DNA of 32,046 bases from an uncultured bacterium. GTDB lineage: Bacteria; Patescibacteriota; Minisyncoccia; Phycocordibacterales; CAIZLB01. Below, piece after piece: positions 1 to 9,540 of the stretch. The translations under genes were made by a program, and so were the position numbers. The stretch's first letter is position 1; every line of letters starts with the position of its first letter. The DNA lies in contig CAJBHC010000064.1 of assembly GCA_903952785.1 (NCBI GenBank), positions 1 to 32,046 of the forward strand, in the 5' to 3' direction. Under the pieces are notes generated by a model. It was not told where the DNA came from. It saw only the letters and a program-made list of their open reading frames with translations, and did no database searches.

Positions 1-1
1 C

Positions 2-172
2 GACGCTGGAGATGAGGAAGCTCAAATGGCAGATCAAGAATATGTTGAAGCAATGGAATATGGTATGCCTCCAGCATTTGGATTTGGAATTTCAGAGCGT
101 CTATTCAGCTTTTTGGAAGGCAAATCAGTGAGGGAGTGTCAGGCGTTTCCATTGATGAGGAAGAGGGAGTAG
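2..172 (+). CDS. lysS: Lysyl-tRNA synthetase, 3' end (partial)
   Basis: Frame 2 reads DAGDEEAQMADQEYVEAMEYGMPPAFGFGISERLFSFLEGKSVRECQAFPLMRKRE*, the class II LysRS motif-3 C-terminus; TAG at 170-172. Confidence 0.93.
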   Translation, partial: DAGDEEAQMADQEYVEAMEYGMPPAFGFGISERLFSFLEGKSVRECQAFPLMRKRE

Positions 173-189
173 TTCATATTAAATTTATT

Positions 190-330
190 ATGCGCGCGAA
201 ACATATATCAACAAGTAAAACAAGAAGGAGATTGGCTATCCGCGCTACTTGGGATAAAGAGGTCAAGGTGGCATTAAAAACCAAGGGATTTAAGTCTGTT
301 AATTCTGCAATAAAACACGCATTGAAATAG
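190..330 (+). CDS. Small basic protein (46 aa), possibly ribbon-helix-helix-like
   Basis: ATG at 190 after an AT-rich spacer; RLAIR..EVKVALKTKGFKSVNSAIKHAL loosely fits the RHH strand-helix-G-x-S-helix pattern. Confidence 0.4.
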   Translation: MRAKHISTSKTRRRLAIRATWDKEVKVALKTKGFKSVNSAIKHALK

Positions 331-378
331 ATGTCAGATGTTTTGTAATAAGTTCCAATAAAAGGTTACGTGGAACTG

Positions 379-512
379 TAAAATCCTATAATTCCTACTC
401 TCAGGGAAACTTGCGAACTGCAGTGAGCAGATGATTTCCGTTCCCCATAAGGAAATCACGTTTTCAGCAGAAAAATGGCGTGTTCCCTGAGGGTAAGAAT
501 TATGGAATTTTA
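379..512. repeat. Structured dispersed repeat, copy 1 (74-nt core 409-482 inside 30-bp imperfect inverted arms)
   Basis: Core matches 22696-22769 at 68/74. Arms 379-408 and 483-512 are reverse complements with 4 C/T differences. Confidence 0.9.
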
Positions 513-535
513 GTGTTTGTATGTAAGCTTTTAAA

Positions 536-544
536 TGCTATAAT
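536..544 (+). promoter_or_regulatory. Extended -10 promoter of murG (near-leaderless)
   Basis: TGC-TATAAT, 8 nt before the ATG at 553. Confidence 0.65.
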
Positions 545-552
545 CTATACAT

Positions 553-1695
553 ATGAAGATATTGCTTACAGGAGGTGGCACAGGAGGCCATTTTTACCCA
601 CTCATAGCGGTTGCCGAGGAAATTCGTGAGGTAACTCATAGAGAGAAAATTCTTGCGCCAAAGATATATTATATGGCTAATTCGCCATATAATTCTAAAG
701 TTCTGTTTGATCAAGAAATTGAATTTGTGCATGTTTCTGCTGGAAAAAAAAGGATTAACCCTCAAGGAATTTCTAAGCTTTTAAACTTAATAGATGTCTT
801 TAAAATGGGCTTTGGTATTATGACCGCTGTCATAAAAATGTACTTCATAATGCCAGATGTTATCTTCGCCAAGGGAGGCTTTGTAAGTTACCCAGCACTT
901 TGCGCGGGAAAGTTTTTCAAGATTCCAATAATAATTCATGAATCAGATAGCGTCCCAGGAAGGGTTAGCAAATGGGCAGGTAAGTTTGCTACTAAAGTTG
1001 CAGTCTCATATAAAGAAGCATCCGTGTTTTTTGATGAAAAAAAAGTAGCGTATACAGGTAATCCTGTTAGAACTGAGATCAGTCAGATACTTTCACACGG
1101 CGCTGGCGAATATTTAGGACTTGAAGAAAATGTCCCTGTAATATTTGTAACAGGAGGATCTTCAGGTGCAAAGATAATTAACAACATTATTCTTGAAGCC
1201 TTACCAAGACTCGTAGAAAAATATCAGGTAATCCACCAAACAGGGAAATTGAATTTTCAAGAAGTATCAAGATCTGCTGATGTAATATTGGAAAATAATC
1301 CTCACAAAAATAGATATAAACCATATGATTATTTAAATGCGCTTTCAATGAGGATGTCAGCAGGTGCCGCTAGCGTTATAATTTCTCGTGGAGGATCTCA
1401 AATATTTGAAATTGCTCTATGGGAAATTCCAGCAATCATAATTCCAATTACAGATTCAAATGGCGATCATCAACGTAAAAATGCATACAACTTCGCAAGA
1501 AGTGGAGGCTGTGTGGTTGTAGAGGAAGCTAATTTGAATACAGAAATTATTCTAAATGAAGTAGATAGAATCGTCACAAATACACATGTTAGAGGAAAAA
1601 TGATAGAAGGGATGAAGGAATTTAGAAGACCAGACGCGGCAGAGTTAATTGCAAAAGAAGTTTTAAAAATTGCATTAGGTCATGAAATACAATAA
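553..1695 (+). CDS. murG: UDP-GlcNAc:lipid I N-acetylglucosaminyltransferase
   Basis: GGGTGGH, KGGFVS, HESD, GNPVR, GGSSGA, SRGG and HQRKNA motifs. Confidence 0.97.
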   Translation: MKILLTGGGTGGHFYPLIAVAEEIREVTHREKILAPKIYYMANSPYNSKVLFDQEIEFVHVSAGKKRINPQGISKLLNLIDVFKMGFGIMTAVIKMYFIMPDVIFAKGGFVSYPALCAGKFFKIPIIIHESDSVPGRVSKWAGKFATKVAVSYKEASVFFDEKKVAYTGNPVRTEISQILSHGAGEYLGLEENVPVIFVTGGSSGAKIINNIILEALPRLVEKYQVIHQTGKLNFQEVSRSADVILENNPHKNRYKPYDYLNALSMRMSAGAASVIISRGGSQIFEIALWEIPAIIIPITDSNGDHQRKNAYNFARSGGCVVVEEANLNTEIILNEVDRIVTNTHVRGKMIEGMKEFRRPDAAELIAKEVLKIALGHEIQ

Positions 1696-1722
1696 TCGAT
1701 TTAAATATTAAAAAAATATAAA

Positions 1723-3144
1723 ATGAATAATCCAGAGAATAAAGAACAAATAATAACAAGATTTGCCCCATCACCAACGGGATATCTTCATGCTGGAAAC
1801 TACAGAACTGCGCTTTACGCATATTTTGTAGCAAGAAAAAACGGTGGAAAGTTCTTGCTTAGAATTGAAGACACAGACCGAGAAAGAAGTGAGAAACAGT
1901 ATGAGGCTAACATTTTTGAAACACTTGAGTGGCTAGGGTTGGAGTTTGATGGAATGGAGAGACAATCTGATAGAGTTGCAAACCACAAAGCTTATTTGGA
2001 AAAATTAATTAAAGAAGATAAAGCATATATTTCAAAAGAAACTCCCGTTAAAGAAGGGGACAGGGCTGAGGTTATAAGATTCAGAAATCCAAATAAAGTT
2101 GTAACTTTCACGGATCTAGTTCGTGGAGAAATATCAGTTGACACAACAGATTTGGGAGATTTTGTAATAGCAAAAAGTATTGATGATCCAGTTTTCCACC
2201 TAGCGGTTGTTGTTGATGATTATGAAATGGGAGTTAACCACGTTATAAGAGGTGAGGACCACATACCAAATACACCCAGGCACATATTAATTATGGAAGC
2301 AGTTGGAGCTCCAATTCCAAAATTTGCGCACCTTCCAATTGTACTTGCACAAGACAGAACAAAACTTTCAAAAAGAAAGGGGGCTCTTCCTTTGACTGAT
2401 TATAGAGACAGAGGATATTTACCAGAAGCGATGATAAATTACATGGCAATGATTGGTTGGAACCCAGGAGGGGAGCAAGATATTTTTACAAAAGATGAAA
2501 TCATAGATCTTTTCGATATAACTAAAGTTCAAAAAGGTGGAGGAATTTTTGATGATGTAAAACTAAAATGGGTAAATAGGGAACACATGCTTAAACTTTC
2601 CCCAGAAGAATACAAGAAAAATCTTGAAACATTTATGCCAGAGCATCTCTCTACACTTGACACTTATAAACCAAGAATTGATTCAGTGTGCACTATAGTT
2701 AGAGATAGATTGGAATATTTTAAACAAATTCAAGAAATGTACGATGAGGGTGATATTGAATATTTCTTTGTAGCACCACTCTATGATGCGGATATTCTTT
2801 TGTGCTCCGAGAAGATGAGAAAAGGTAAGGATTTAACACACGCTGGTTTAGCAAAAATTTTAGCAACATGCAAATTAGAATTAGAAAAACTTCCAGAAGA
2901 AAAGGGTGAATTTGTAGAGGGCGGGGAAGTAAAGTGGAATAAGGAATCGGTAAAGAATGTTCTATGGCCAATTGCAGAATCAGAAGGTAGGGGAATAGTA
3001 CTTTGGGCAGTTAGGGTTGCTCTATCTGGCAAAGAGAAGTCCCCTGATCCATTTATTCTTGCGGAGACAATCGGAAGAGATGAAACTTTAGCAAGAATAC
3101 AGAGAGCGGAAACATTTTTAAAGGAGAAGACCATAGTCTCATAA
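1723..3144 (+). CDS. gltX: Glutamate--tRNA ligase
   Basis: RFAPSPTGYLHAGN (HIGH), LRIEDTD, HVIRGEDH, KLSKR. Confidence 0.97.
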   Translation: MNNPENKEQIITRFAPSPTGYLHAGNYRTALYAYFVARKNGGKFLLRIEDTDRERSEKQYEANIFETLEWLGLEFDGMERQSDRVANHKAYLEKLIKEDKAYISKETPVKEGDRAEVIRFRNPNKVVTFTDLVRGEISVDTTDLGDFVIAKSIDDPVFHLAVVVDDYEMGVNHVIRGEDHIPNTPRHILIMEAVGAPIPKFAHLPIVLAQDRTKLSKRKGALPLTDYRDRGYLPEAMINYMAMIGWNPGGEQDIFTKDEIIDLFDITKVQKGGGIFDDVKLKWVNREHMLKLSPEEYKKNLETFMPEHLSTLDTYKPRIDSVCTIVRDRLEYFKQIQEMYDEGDIEYFFVAPLYDADILLCSEKMRKGKDLTHAGLAKILATCKLELEKLPEEKGEFVEGGEVKWNKESVKNVLWPIAESEGRGIVLWAVRVALSGKEKSPDPFILAETIGRDETLARIQRAETFLKEKTIVS

Positions 3145-3165
3145 TCATAATTACGAAAACAAACA

Positions 3166-4503
3166 ATGAACATTCAAAATATTAGAATAAAAGAAAATAA
3201 ATACTCATTCATAATTAGTGTTTTAACTGTCTTAATTTTAATATTTCAGATGAGTCCAATTGCAATACACAAAGCCTATTCAGCCACAGTTGAAGAATTG
3301 CAAGCAAAGATTGATGAGAAGAACAAAAATATTGAAAATCTGAACAAGGAAATTCAACTTTATGCTGATTTGACAGACAAAACTTCTAAAGAGGCGAAGA
3401 CGCTTCAAAATAAAATTAAATCATTAACTCAGAATGGTAAGATGTTGGATTCTGATATTAAGAAAACAAAGTCTCAAATTGATGTTGCAAACCTAGCCAT
3501 TAAAAAGATTGGAATAAATATTCAAACTTCTGAAAATAAAACGGATCATTATAAAAATGTTATTGAGACAGAGCTTAAGAACATCCAGTTTAAGGAAGAC
3601 TCCTCACTCATAGAAAACATGCTTAGCAAAAGGAATCTCTCAGATGTCTTGGTTGAAATCGATAGCATCAGAAAGGTCAATGAACAATTAGGTAAAGAGA
3701 TTGATTCATTAAAATCAGAAAAAGAAATACTCCTTGAAAATAAAACCAAAAAAGAGGAGACTAAAAAGCAATTAACAACACTACAGTCTGAACTATCAGG
3801 AAAGAAGAAGGTTGTTGAAGAAAATAAGCAAGAGCAATCTCAAATATTAAAGGAAACAAAAAATCAGGAAAAAACATATCAGCAAATACTGGCTCAGCGA
3901 AAAAAAGAAAAAGAGGCGTTAGATAAAGAATTATTTGATTATGAAGCAGCGCTTAAATATACTCTAAATCCATCCCTAATTCCTTCAAAAAACTCTGCTG
4001 CAATGTTTGTTTGGCCATTTGATAAGGTTGTAATTACACAATTGTTTGGAAAGACCTCAGCATCGAAGAGATTATATGTTTCAGGAACTCACAATGGAAT
4101 TGACTTTGGAGCTAAAATTGGAACACCAGTAAAGGCAGTTGCATCAGGGGTTGTTGCGGGTTTTGGAGATACTGATTTAACTTGTAAAGGTGCGTCTTTT
4201 GGACGATGGATCCTAATCAAATTTGATAACGGCCTTGCTGCAACATATGGACACTTATCAGTAATAAGTGTTGTGGATAATCAAAGAGTGGAATCTGGGG
4301 AAATTATTGGGTATTCTGGAAATACAGGATACTCAACGGGGCCGCACCTTCATATGAGCGTATATGATGCTAGCGTAGTGAGTGCTCAAACAAGGCCAAG
4401 TGTTTCTTGCGGTGGTAAAATCTATAGAATGCCGATAGCACCGGTTGGAGCATATCTAGACCCAAGGGTTTACTTTCCCAAGAGCACAGCTTCAAATAAT
4501 TAG
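3166..4503 (+). CDS. Secreted coiled-coil + M23 family peptidoglycan endopeptidase
   Basis: N-terminal hydrophobic segment, long coiled coil, then HNGID, YGHL and GNTGYSTGPHLH with intact zinc ligands. Confidence 0.92.
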   Translation: MNIQNIRIKENKYSFIISVLTVLILIFQMSPIAIHKAYSATVEELQAKIDEKNKNIENLNKEIQLYADLTDKTSKEAKTLQNKIKSLTQNGKMLDSDIKKTKSQIDVANLAIKKIGINIQTSENKTDHYKNVIETELKNIQFKEDSSLIENMLSKRNLSDVLVEIDSIRKVNEQLGKEIDSLKSEKEILLENKTKKEETKKQLTTLQSELSGKKKVVEENKQEQSQILKETKNQEKTYQQILAQRKKEKEALDKELFDYEAALKYTLNPSLIPSKNSAAMFVWPFDKVVITQLFGKTSASKRLYVSGTHNGIDFGAKIGTPVKAVASGVVAGFGDTDLTCKGASFGRWILIKFDNGLAATYGHLSVISVVDNQRVESGEIIGYSGNTGYSTGPHLHMSVYDASVVSAQTRPSVSCGGKIYRMPIAPVGAYLDPRVYFPKSTASNN

Positions 4504-4580
4504 GCCCGATGATAGTTTGGTTTAGCAAAATTATTTAATGGATGATATAATTAAAGTAATAAAATATTCTAAATAATCTT

Positions 4581-4829
4581 ATGAAAAATATTCAAATCAA
4601 CCCAAATAAAAACGATTTAAACGCCATAGGAAAAAAAGGTTTTATAGAAATAATAGTTGTAATTATTGTTGCTCTTGTGTTGTTAAATCTTTTAGGAATT
4701 GACCTGAAGGCCATCTTAGCCAAGGAGTCAGTAAAGCAATTCTTTGCATATGTTAAAGATATGATGATTCTGGTTTGGAATGATTTAAAATTGATTGTTG
4801 ATTTTATAAAAAATTTAGCCAATAACTAA
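4581..4829 (+). CDS. Small membrane protein
   Basis: KKGF followed by a hydrophobic helix (pilin-like N-terminus, but no canonical E5); TGA-TATAAT at 4543-4551 upstream. Confidence 0.7.
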   Translation: MKNIQINPNKNDLNAIGKKGFIEIIVVIIVALVLLNLLGIDLKAILAKESVKQFFAYVKDMMILVWNDLKLIVDFIKNLANN

Positions 4830-5038
4830 TTTGCAGGTATTATTTAAATAATTATAGCTTAGACACTAATTTCAGTATTATCATAAAAATCACAAATATT
4901 GGCAAATTTTGACGTCACAGAATCGCTCTACAGGCTCGGGAAAATATTTAGATGAGTATTTGTATCTTGGAAAATAACTCAGAATAGCTTCTGTAGATCA
5001 TACGGTATGAAATTAGAATTGAAAAGCGGGGAATGGAA

Positions 5039-5084
5039 AAGCGCTACAGGAATCCTTGTTTAAGGGATAAAGCCCGTAGCGCTT
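5039..5084 (-). terminator. Long hairpin downstream of 5108-5584
   Basis: AAGCGCTAC...GTAGCGCTT outer stem with inner ATCC/GGAT stem; T-run follows on the minus strand. Confidence 0.65.
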
Positions 5085-5107
5085 AAAGTTAGACAAAGCC
5101 GATTCTC

Positions 5108-5584
5108 TTAGTCTTGATGCGTCGCCGCATGGTTGACAGCCTTCCAGTAAGTATCTCCAACCGCCTCTTGCATATTTTCCAGAGCACAGGCAATGAGAGA
5201 ATCAATGTCAAACCTAGCATGAGGCTGATCAACTTTGGATTGATATAGATCGTTAAGCCAGATCAAAACCTGAGCAAAGTGACCATATTCAGACACGATC
5301 AAATCTGAACAACCTGAAGAGCTTTTTTGGATTGATCTCCGAACCCAATCCACCAGCAAAACCCAGCGATTGTTTCTTTGCCATGGTGAATTGCTTTTAG
5401 ACCATGACGGCCCGCCACCTTCATGGTGACAAATAATTTCCGCTGCACCGGGATTCTTGGCGATAAGATCCATTGCTGCTAAGCCGTAAGCGACAAGGAT
5501 CATCTCCTGGCTAACTTTGGTGAATTGACGCCATAGTTCAATCGTCTTCAACTTTTTTTCTTGATCAATTAATCTTTCCTTCAT
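5108..5584 (-). CDS. Hypothetical protein (158 aa)
   Basis: Clean ORF with its own promoter (5735-5763) and 3' hairpin; no recognisable motif. Confidence 0.7.
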   Translation of the reverse strand: MKERLIDQEKKLKTIELWRQFTKVSQEMILVAYGLAAMDLIAKNPGAAEIICHHEGGGPSWSKSNSPWQRNNRWVLLVDWVRRSIQKSSSGCSDLIVSEYGHFAQVLIWLNDLYQSKVDQPHARFDIDSLIACALENMQEAVGDTYWKAVNHAATHQD

Positions 5585-5734
5585 AACTGAATTAATTTTG
5601 TATTTTAGATTATTCTTAGCCTAGTCTGATTTTACGAAATAAGAGGGAAGTGGCCACCTAGCCAAATCCATTGATTCCCAAAACCTGTTCTAAGCTAGAA
5701 TTTCAAAAACCACTCATATCTAAGTCCGGGGAAA

Positions 5735-5763
5735 ATGATATACCAAAAACTTCTCCTGGTCAA
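5735..5763 (-). promoter_or_regulatory. Sigma70-type promoter
   Basis: TTGACC-17 nt-TATCAT on the minus strand. Confidence 0.55.
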
Positions 5764-6154
5764 AGAAAAGGATACTTAGCTCAACTAATACACAAAAGCT
5801 AAGCCAGAATCTAAATTACAGCCGAGGTAGCAACGGCCCTTATTTATATATAGGCATGTCGCAAAAGATATATTGTGCGACGTGCCTATATTCTTAAACC
5901 CCGTTTCCCCGCATCTATTAAGGCCAGCTAATTGATTACGCCAAATTTGGATTTGAATTTCAAATCTGCCGGACTCACCTACCTTTCTAAACCCGTGATG
6001 AAATTTATTTTGATTTAATTATTCAAATTTGAAATTTGGCGAATTTTGAAATTTCTAGAGTCTGGAATTTTAGAACCATCTCCCCCACTATTTATACGTT
6101 TTAACGGACAGGCAAAAAATGAATATAAATTAATTAAAGATTTTGAAAAAGTTT

Positions 6155-6184
6155 AGCGCGGCAGGGATTGATCCCTGCCGCGCT
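6155..6184 (-). terminator. GC-rich perfect hairpin downstream of 6213-7121
   Basis: AGCGCGGCAGGGA-ttga-TCCCTGCCGCGCT, 13 bp. Confidence 0.7.
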
Positions 6185-6212
6185 TGTTTAGATACCAACT
6201 GAAGGTCTTCTT

Positions 6213-7121
6213 CTAAAGCAGACCCAGGCGTTCCATGTCAATACCATACTTGACCCCAACCGCATGGCCTGCACCTTTGTATAGCTGATTGAGACTGAGG
6301 TTTATCAGCAAACAGAAGTTTTCAGCAACCTCGAATAGTTCTGTCAGCCTACTTCTGGTCAAAATCATCTCCGCTTCAAGTGCGTCCTTCTTCGAGGCAG
6401 CGACAGGATACTGTTCAATCGCCCTAGTTGAAGTGGGCCACTCTGCACCAATGAAATCAAATTTCGCAAAAGTGCAATCTTCGACGAGTATTCGATTTTC
6501 AACCATCTTTTGCTTTAGCCATGACGGGCTCATGCGCAAAATGAGTTCGCACTCCTTCACGGTGAAGGCTAATACCGCCAACCGATCACGCACGATGCGG
6601 CTAAATCGTTCAACAGGATTGAATGTAGGATATCCATGAGCTTCCTGGTACTCGCCAGTGGTTGTAGCCAAGTGGTAGATATCCTTCTCCGTTACTTCAT
6701 CTGAATTTAGCACCACTCTTAGTAGCACCATGACGCTGGACAAGAAACGATTTGACTCGCCCCAAAATCCAAATACAGAGCGAGCTTCCTTCAAGTACCA
6801 ATGCAATCCGACAATATAAACCATACTACTTGCCAGGACGCCCAACACACACAGTGCGTAAAATAAAATATCGGCCTGAATACTGGTGTGTGGATTTACT
6901 ATTCCCTTACAATGCTCATTCACGTACATCAGGGATGAGCTACACACCGATATAAACGCCAAGAAATAAACTATACTAAGGACTTTGTACAACAAAGTAC
7001 TCGCAATTGGGCCAAACGCATTAGGCTTCTGTTTTTTATACTGGTGGCTGTAACGCCAATTTTGTGGAAGCCAACTTAAGTGTCTGTTGAGTCTAAACGC
7101 AATCAATGTTCTAGTTTTCAT
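6213..7121 (-). CDS. Hypothetical membrane protein (two TM helices)
   Basis: Long ORF; ATG at 7121 (MKTRTL) after GAGAGACAAAAAA preferred over the GTG at 7196. Confidence 0.7.
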   Translation of the reverse strand: MKTRTLIAFRLNRHLSWLPQNWRYSHQYKKQKPNAFGPIASTLLYKVLSIVYFLAFISVCSSSLMYVNEHCKGIVNPHTSIQADILFYALCVLGVLASSMVYIVGLHWYLKEARSVFGFWGESNRFLSSVMVLLRVVLNSDEVTEKDIYHLATTTGEYQEAHGYPTFNPVERFSRIVRDRLAVLAFTVKECELILRMSPSWLKQKMVENRILVEDCTFAKFDFIGAEWPTSTRAIEQYPVAASKKDALEAEMILTRSRLTELFEVAENFCLLINLSLNQLYKGAGHAVGVKYGIDMERLGLL

Positions 7122-7254
7122 TTTTTTGTCTCTCTTCCCCGAAGTTGAATTATTTAACAAGAGGGCTACTAACCCAGCTCTACTCAGGCTACTCACCTAA
7201 CGCAGAGGGGACTTGAAATAATAGACGAGAGATCGGGAGGTCGCTAATCTGTGT

Positions 7255-7285
7255 ATTATAGTAGAACAAAATCTTGAAAAGTCAA
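7255..7285 (-). promoter_or_regulatory. Sigma70-type promoter
   Basis: TTGACT, then TACTAT (16 nt spacer) overlapping TATAAT. Confidence 0.55.
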
Positions 7286-7722
7286 CGCCGCGCCTTGAAT
7301 TCTAACCTAAAACACAGAACCTCGAACACTACATAGTGGAACCACAGGTCCCTCTATCTAGTCTTCATTAAATTATATATTCCAACACAAGCGTATAAGC
7401 TTCAGGAACCAATACCACCGATGAAATAAATACTAAAATACTGGTAATTAAAATAACCTTAGTCTTATTTACCGTACCAGCGGTACCTAGATTTTGTGTA
7501 TTACGCTGCTTTCTATCTACAAGCTAACTGATTATAGACAATATTAATCTCTAGAGACAAAAATTAAAAACTATAGACATAGGCTGCTTTCCCTCAAATT
7601 GAACCTAGCACAACAAAACACCACCCCTTTCGAGGTGGCGCCTTGTTTAGATAGTTTTTAATTCTGTGCAATGAATATTACATATCACTAACGGTAACTT
7701 TGTGGCCACTTATCTCCACTTG

Positions 7723-8283
7723 TTACTTAATATTATCAGCCAGTATTTTATTAGAATTGTTAGACATAGCTTTGGCTACCTCTGACTTTTTCCAACAAGG
7801 AGCTGAGGACTTCCATGGAGTAGTACCTTCTTCATCGTAAAGTAACTTGGCATACGCCAGGTTTCCCTCGACAGAATAGATATCCATCCCCAGTTTCTTA
7901 GCACGCTTTGCGTGGTAATATTCATTAACTTGAGCTATACCAATATCTTGGCTGTTAGCTATTCCTCTAAGTGCAGTACCGTCTGCGTTAAACTGTCTGA
8001 ATCTTGACTCACATTTAACGATCTCTGCCATTATAGGTGTATCCTTGAAATATAATCTAACCTTACTTTCTATTTCTGCGTTTCTATCAAGTTTAATTGT
8101 CTTTGCCTTTGTAGCTTCAACTGCATCATGTATTGATTCTGCTTCTGCTACCTTAACAAGACCAATGGCTCTTGAAGATGTTGCGGTTATTGACGATTGT
8201 GTACTGGTCTCTGTAATTACAGGAGCATCTGTTCCCACCATACCTGAGACAACCATCGCTATACCTATTGTAAGTTGTAAAAT
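7723..8283 (-). CDS. Secreted lysozyme-like / lytic transglycosylase (SLT-like) protein; start uncertain
   Basis: IVKCESRF (catalytic Glu), DIGIAQVN, GNLAYAKLLY, PW..S..CW. The listed ATG at 8388 lies inside the predicted promoter, so the real start is downstream. Confidence 0.78.
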   Translation of the reverse strand: MLQLTIGIAMVVSGMVGTDAPVITETSTQSSITATSSRAIGLVKVAEAESIHDAVEATKAKTIKLDRNAEIESKVRLYFKDTPIMAEIVKCESRFRQFNADGTALRGIANSQDIGIAQVNEYYHAKRAKKLGMDIYSVEGNLAYAKLLYDEEGTTPWKSSAPCWKKSEVAKAMSNNSNKILADNIK

Positions 8284-8378
8284 AAAGAATCTATTAGGTT
8301 TGTAATGCGCATGTCTTTGTCTGAGTTGGCTATGCGCTTGCACGGAACTTAAAAAGCACATCTCTGTGCTACCCCAAT

Positions 8379-8407
8379 ATACTAGCATGACCGGCCAAAT
8401 CTGTCAA
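8379..8407 (-). promoter_or_regulatory. Strong sigma70-type promoter
   Basis: TTGACA-17 nt-TAGTAT with TGn extension. Confidence 0.7.
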
Positions 8408-8717
8408 TCGTTTTTAGGGTACTTTTACCCCCCAAAAAGACCAAAGTAGCCCTATATATAACGATATAATCAATACAATACAGTTGACTATGCGTCAATG
8501 TATGTGTTTTAGTTTTCAGCCTTAGACATAGCCCTATAATGCCAAAAAGACCATTTTGGGTAATTTGGCATTATCCACATCCCCTACCCCAGAATACTTG
8601 ACTTTAAAAAATGGCATGGGTTCAGCAAAGTTGGACAAAAGTTATAATAATACGCCCAATATTTGACCCCCTTGTCGAGGTAAAATCGACCAGTATGACT
8701 TTATCTTGTTAAAGCCC

Positions 8718-8954
8718 CTATTCTCTCTTCTTAGCCGGTTTCTTTTTACCTTGCAACAGAATATCGTTCTGAAGGTTCAGTTCCCTCTTAAAGGTCTCGC
8801 TGGCCTTAATTAAGGTGTTTGTGTCACAGTTTAGAACGATATCCGCTGGCTCTTTATATACCCCAAGGAGATATATCAGAAAGCTGAAGTTAAACACCCC
8901 CAAAAGGATGGCTATCAGGAAAACCCAAAAATGTATTGATATTTTGTTCGTCAT
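8718..8954 (-). CDS. Possible small membrane protein
   Basis: 78-aa ORF with one hydrophobic helix and a basic tail; no other support. Confidence 0.35.
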   Translation of the reverse strand: MTNKISIHFWVFLIAILLGVFNFSFLIYLLGVYKEPADIVLNCDTNTLIKASETFKRELNLQNDILLQGKKKPAKKRE

Positions 8955-9115
8955 AGGTTATACTGATGACCACTTCTCATATGGCACCAGCTGGGATATC
9001 ATCTCATGATCACCCCAAAGAAGTCATAAAGATTTTATAAAGATTTCCCAAAGTTTTAATAAAGTCTCAAAAGGAATGTTTTAAAATCCCAAATAACATA
9101 AAATAAGATAATAAT

Positions 9116-9388
9116 ATGGCAACAAAAAAAGCTGGAGGTTCAGCTAAAAACCTAACCGATTCAAATCCACAATACCTAGGTATAAAACTATACGCAGGTG
9201 AGCGCGCTCAAACTGGTTCAATTATTGTAAGACAAAGAGGAACAAAGATCATGGCTGGCAAAAACGTTGGAGTTGGTAAAGACCACACACTTTACGCTAC
9301 AGCCCCTGGAATTGTTGAGTACTCAACAAAGAGAAAGGTAGACTTTGATAACAAAGTAAGCAAGAAGAAGGTTGCTAATGTTAAGTAG
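9116..9388 (+). CDS. rpmA: 50S ribosomal protein L27
   Basis: [30 protein letters not shown]. Confidence 0.98.
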   Translation: MATKKAGGSAKNLTDSNPQYLGIKLYAGERAQTGSIIVRQRGTKIMAGKNVGVGKDHTLYATAPGIVEYSTKRKVDFDNKVSKKKVANVK

Positions 9389-9438
9389 TCACATAAGCTC
9401 GTCCTCACGCTAACTGGAGTAAGGCTCCAAAGTAAAGC

Positions 9439-9468
9439 AAAACACCCGTCGTAATTGGCGGGTGTTTT
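9439..9468. terminator. Bidirectional terminator between rpmA and the CAP gene
   Basis: AAAACACCCGTC-gtaatt-GGCGGGTGTTTT between convergent genes. Confidence 0.75.
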
Positions 9469-9540
9469 GGTGTCACTAAAATATATCGAAAATATATCGC
9501 GAGTTTCAAGAAGTCGGAGATGACTTTAGATGCCGGGGTC

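Noticed and set aside
7368-7530. Hydrophobic minus-strand reading frame (TKVILITSILVFISSVVLV)
   Set aside because: No usable start codon after the upstream in-frame stop; cannot be supported as a gene.
8400-9110. Replication origin
   Set aside because: Only one perfect DnaA box, no cluster, and no dnaA or dnaN nearby.
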